Shown in pieces: positions 7,553 through 7,942 of a stretch of DNA of 7,942 nt. Below the pieces are notes generated by a model that worked only from the letters and a program-made list of their open reading frames with translations, was not told the DNA's origin and did no database searches. Within the stretch, counting starts at the first letter, position 1. Each line of letters begins with the position of its first letter. Made by a program: the position numbers and the translations under genes. The DNA is from a virus (Duplodnaviria; Heunggongvirae; Uroviricota; Caudoviricetes), in the IMG/VR virus record IMGVR_UViG_2529293139_000009. The stretch is one strand, 5' to 3'.

Positions 7553-7942
7553 ATGATGCCAGTTGCCCGTTATCTCTGCATTTTCATAAACGTTGGTTTG
7601 GGAGAAGGCTCTGCATTACCTGTTGGTGTCCCTGTTCCGTGGCCTTCAGCCACTCCGCCAACAGGCTGGCTGAAATGCAATGGTGCAGCTTTTTCTGCTG
7701 AAGAATACCCGGAACTGGCAAAGGCTTATCCGACAAATAAATTGCCTGATTTACGTGGTGAGTTTATTCGCGGCTGGGATGACGGGCGCGGGGTTGACTC
7801 TGGACGAGGTTTGTTGACGGCGCAGGCGGAAACAAAGATAACTAACCACCACGGCAATGGCGGTAACGCTGATGATATTTCGGCTGGTGTCTCCGGTTCA
7901 CCTCCCAAAAAACTTTGTCAGAAACGCGGATTCGGCAGTTAA
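7553..7942 (+). CDS. Tail-fibre variable C-terminal segment (Mu/P1 S-variable-like), alternate-orientation cassette of an invertible segment; possibly truncated
   Basis: The stretch PVGVPVPWPSATPPTGWLKCNGAAFSAEEYPELAKAYPTNKLPDLRGEFIRGWDDGRG resembles the conserved start of Mu/P1/e14 tail-fibre variable parts just after the crossover site. The first 13 or so codons lie outside the putative invertible segment, and the ORF's stop codon is the last 3 nt of the window. Confidence 0.6.
   Translation: MMPVARYLCIFINVGLGEGSALPVGVPVPWPSATPPTGWLKCNGAAFSAEEYPELAKAYPTNKLPDLRGEFIRGWDDGRGVDSGRGLLTAQAETKITNHHGNGGNADDISAGVSGSPPKKLCQKRGFGS
7581..7606. other. Candidate 26-bp invertase crossover site (hix/gix/cix-like)
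   Basis: TTTTCATAAACG-TT-GGTTTGGGAGAA fits the imperfect-palindrome architecture xxxxxxAAACx-NN-GGTTTxxGAxAA of hixL (TTCTTGAAAACCAAGGTTTTTGATAA, from memory). It lies 55 bp upstream of the invertase start, inside the 5' end of the tail-fibre ORF. Confidence 0.55.

Larger units (their letters stand above)
145..7942. mobile_element. Right end of a P2-like prophage (partial; continues beyond the window's 3' edge)
   Basis: Collinear P2-type gene order FI-FII-E/E'-T-U-D-ogr on the minus strand, followed by a P2-type att core and an AT-rich non-coding flank. Protein lengths match P2 as recalled. Confidence 0.85.

Noticed and set aside
1-7942. Searched for CRISPR repeats, tRNA-like cloverleaf segments, insertion-sequence terminal inverted repeats and defence-system-like genes
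   Set aside because: No regularly spaced direct repeats, no tRNA-like sequence near the att core, and every substantial ORF is accounted for by P2-like tail genes, ogr or the invertase module.

Overview
This window appears to be the right-hand end of an integrated P2-like (Peduovirus-type) temperate phage in an enterobacterial host, with almost everything encoded on the minus strand. Reading from high to low coordinates: the edge of an invertible tail-fibre segment (a plus-strand tail-fibre variable ORF, a 26-bp hix/gix-like crossover site and a Gin/Pin/Cin-family serine DNA invertase); the contiguous late tail operon FI (sheath), FII (tube), E and frameshifted E+E' (tail chaperone), T (tape measure), U and D; the zinc-finger late activator ogr with an intrinsic terminator; the phage attachment arm with a P2-type 27-bp core at 145-171; and about 144 bp of presumptive host DNA. 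Protein calls rest on my recognition of the translated ORFs as close homologues of phage P2 proteins, with lengths as I recall them for P2; no database search was run. I see no rRNA, tRNA or CRISPR features. Nothing here looks like a wholly undescribed system. The most interesting non-P2 content is the invertase/shufflon module upstream of FI, and the window ends inside it, so its cargo cannot be assessed.
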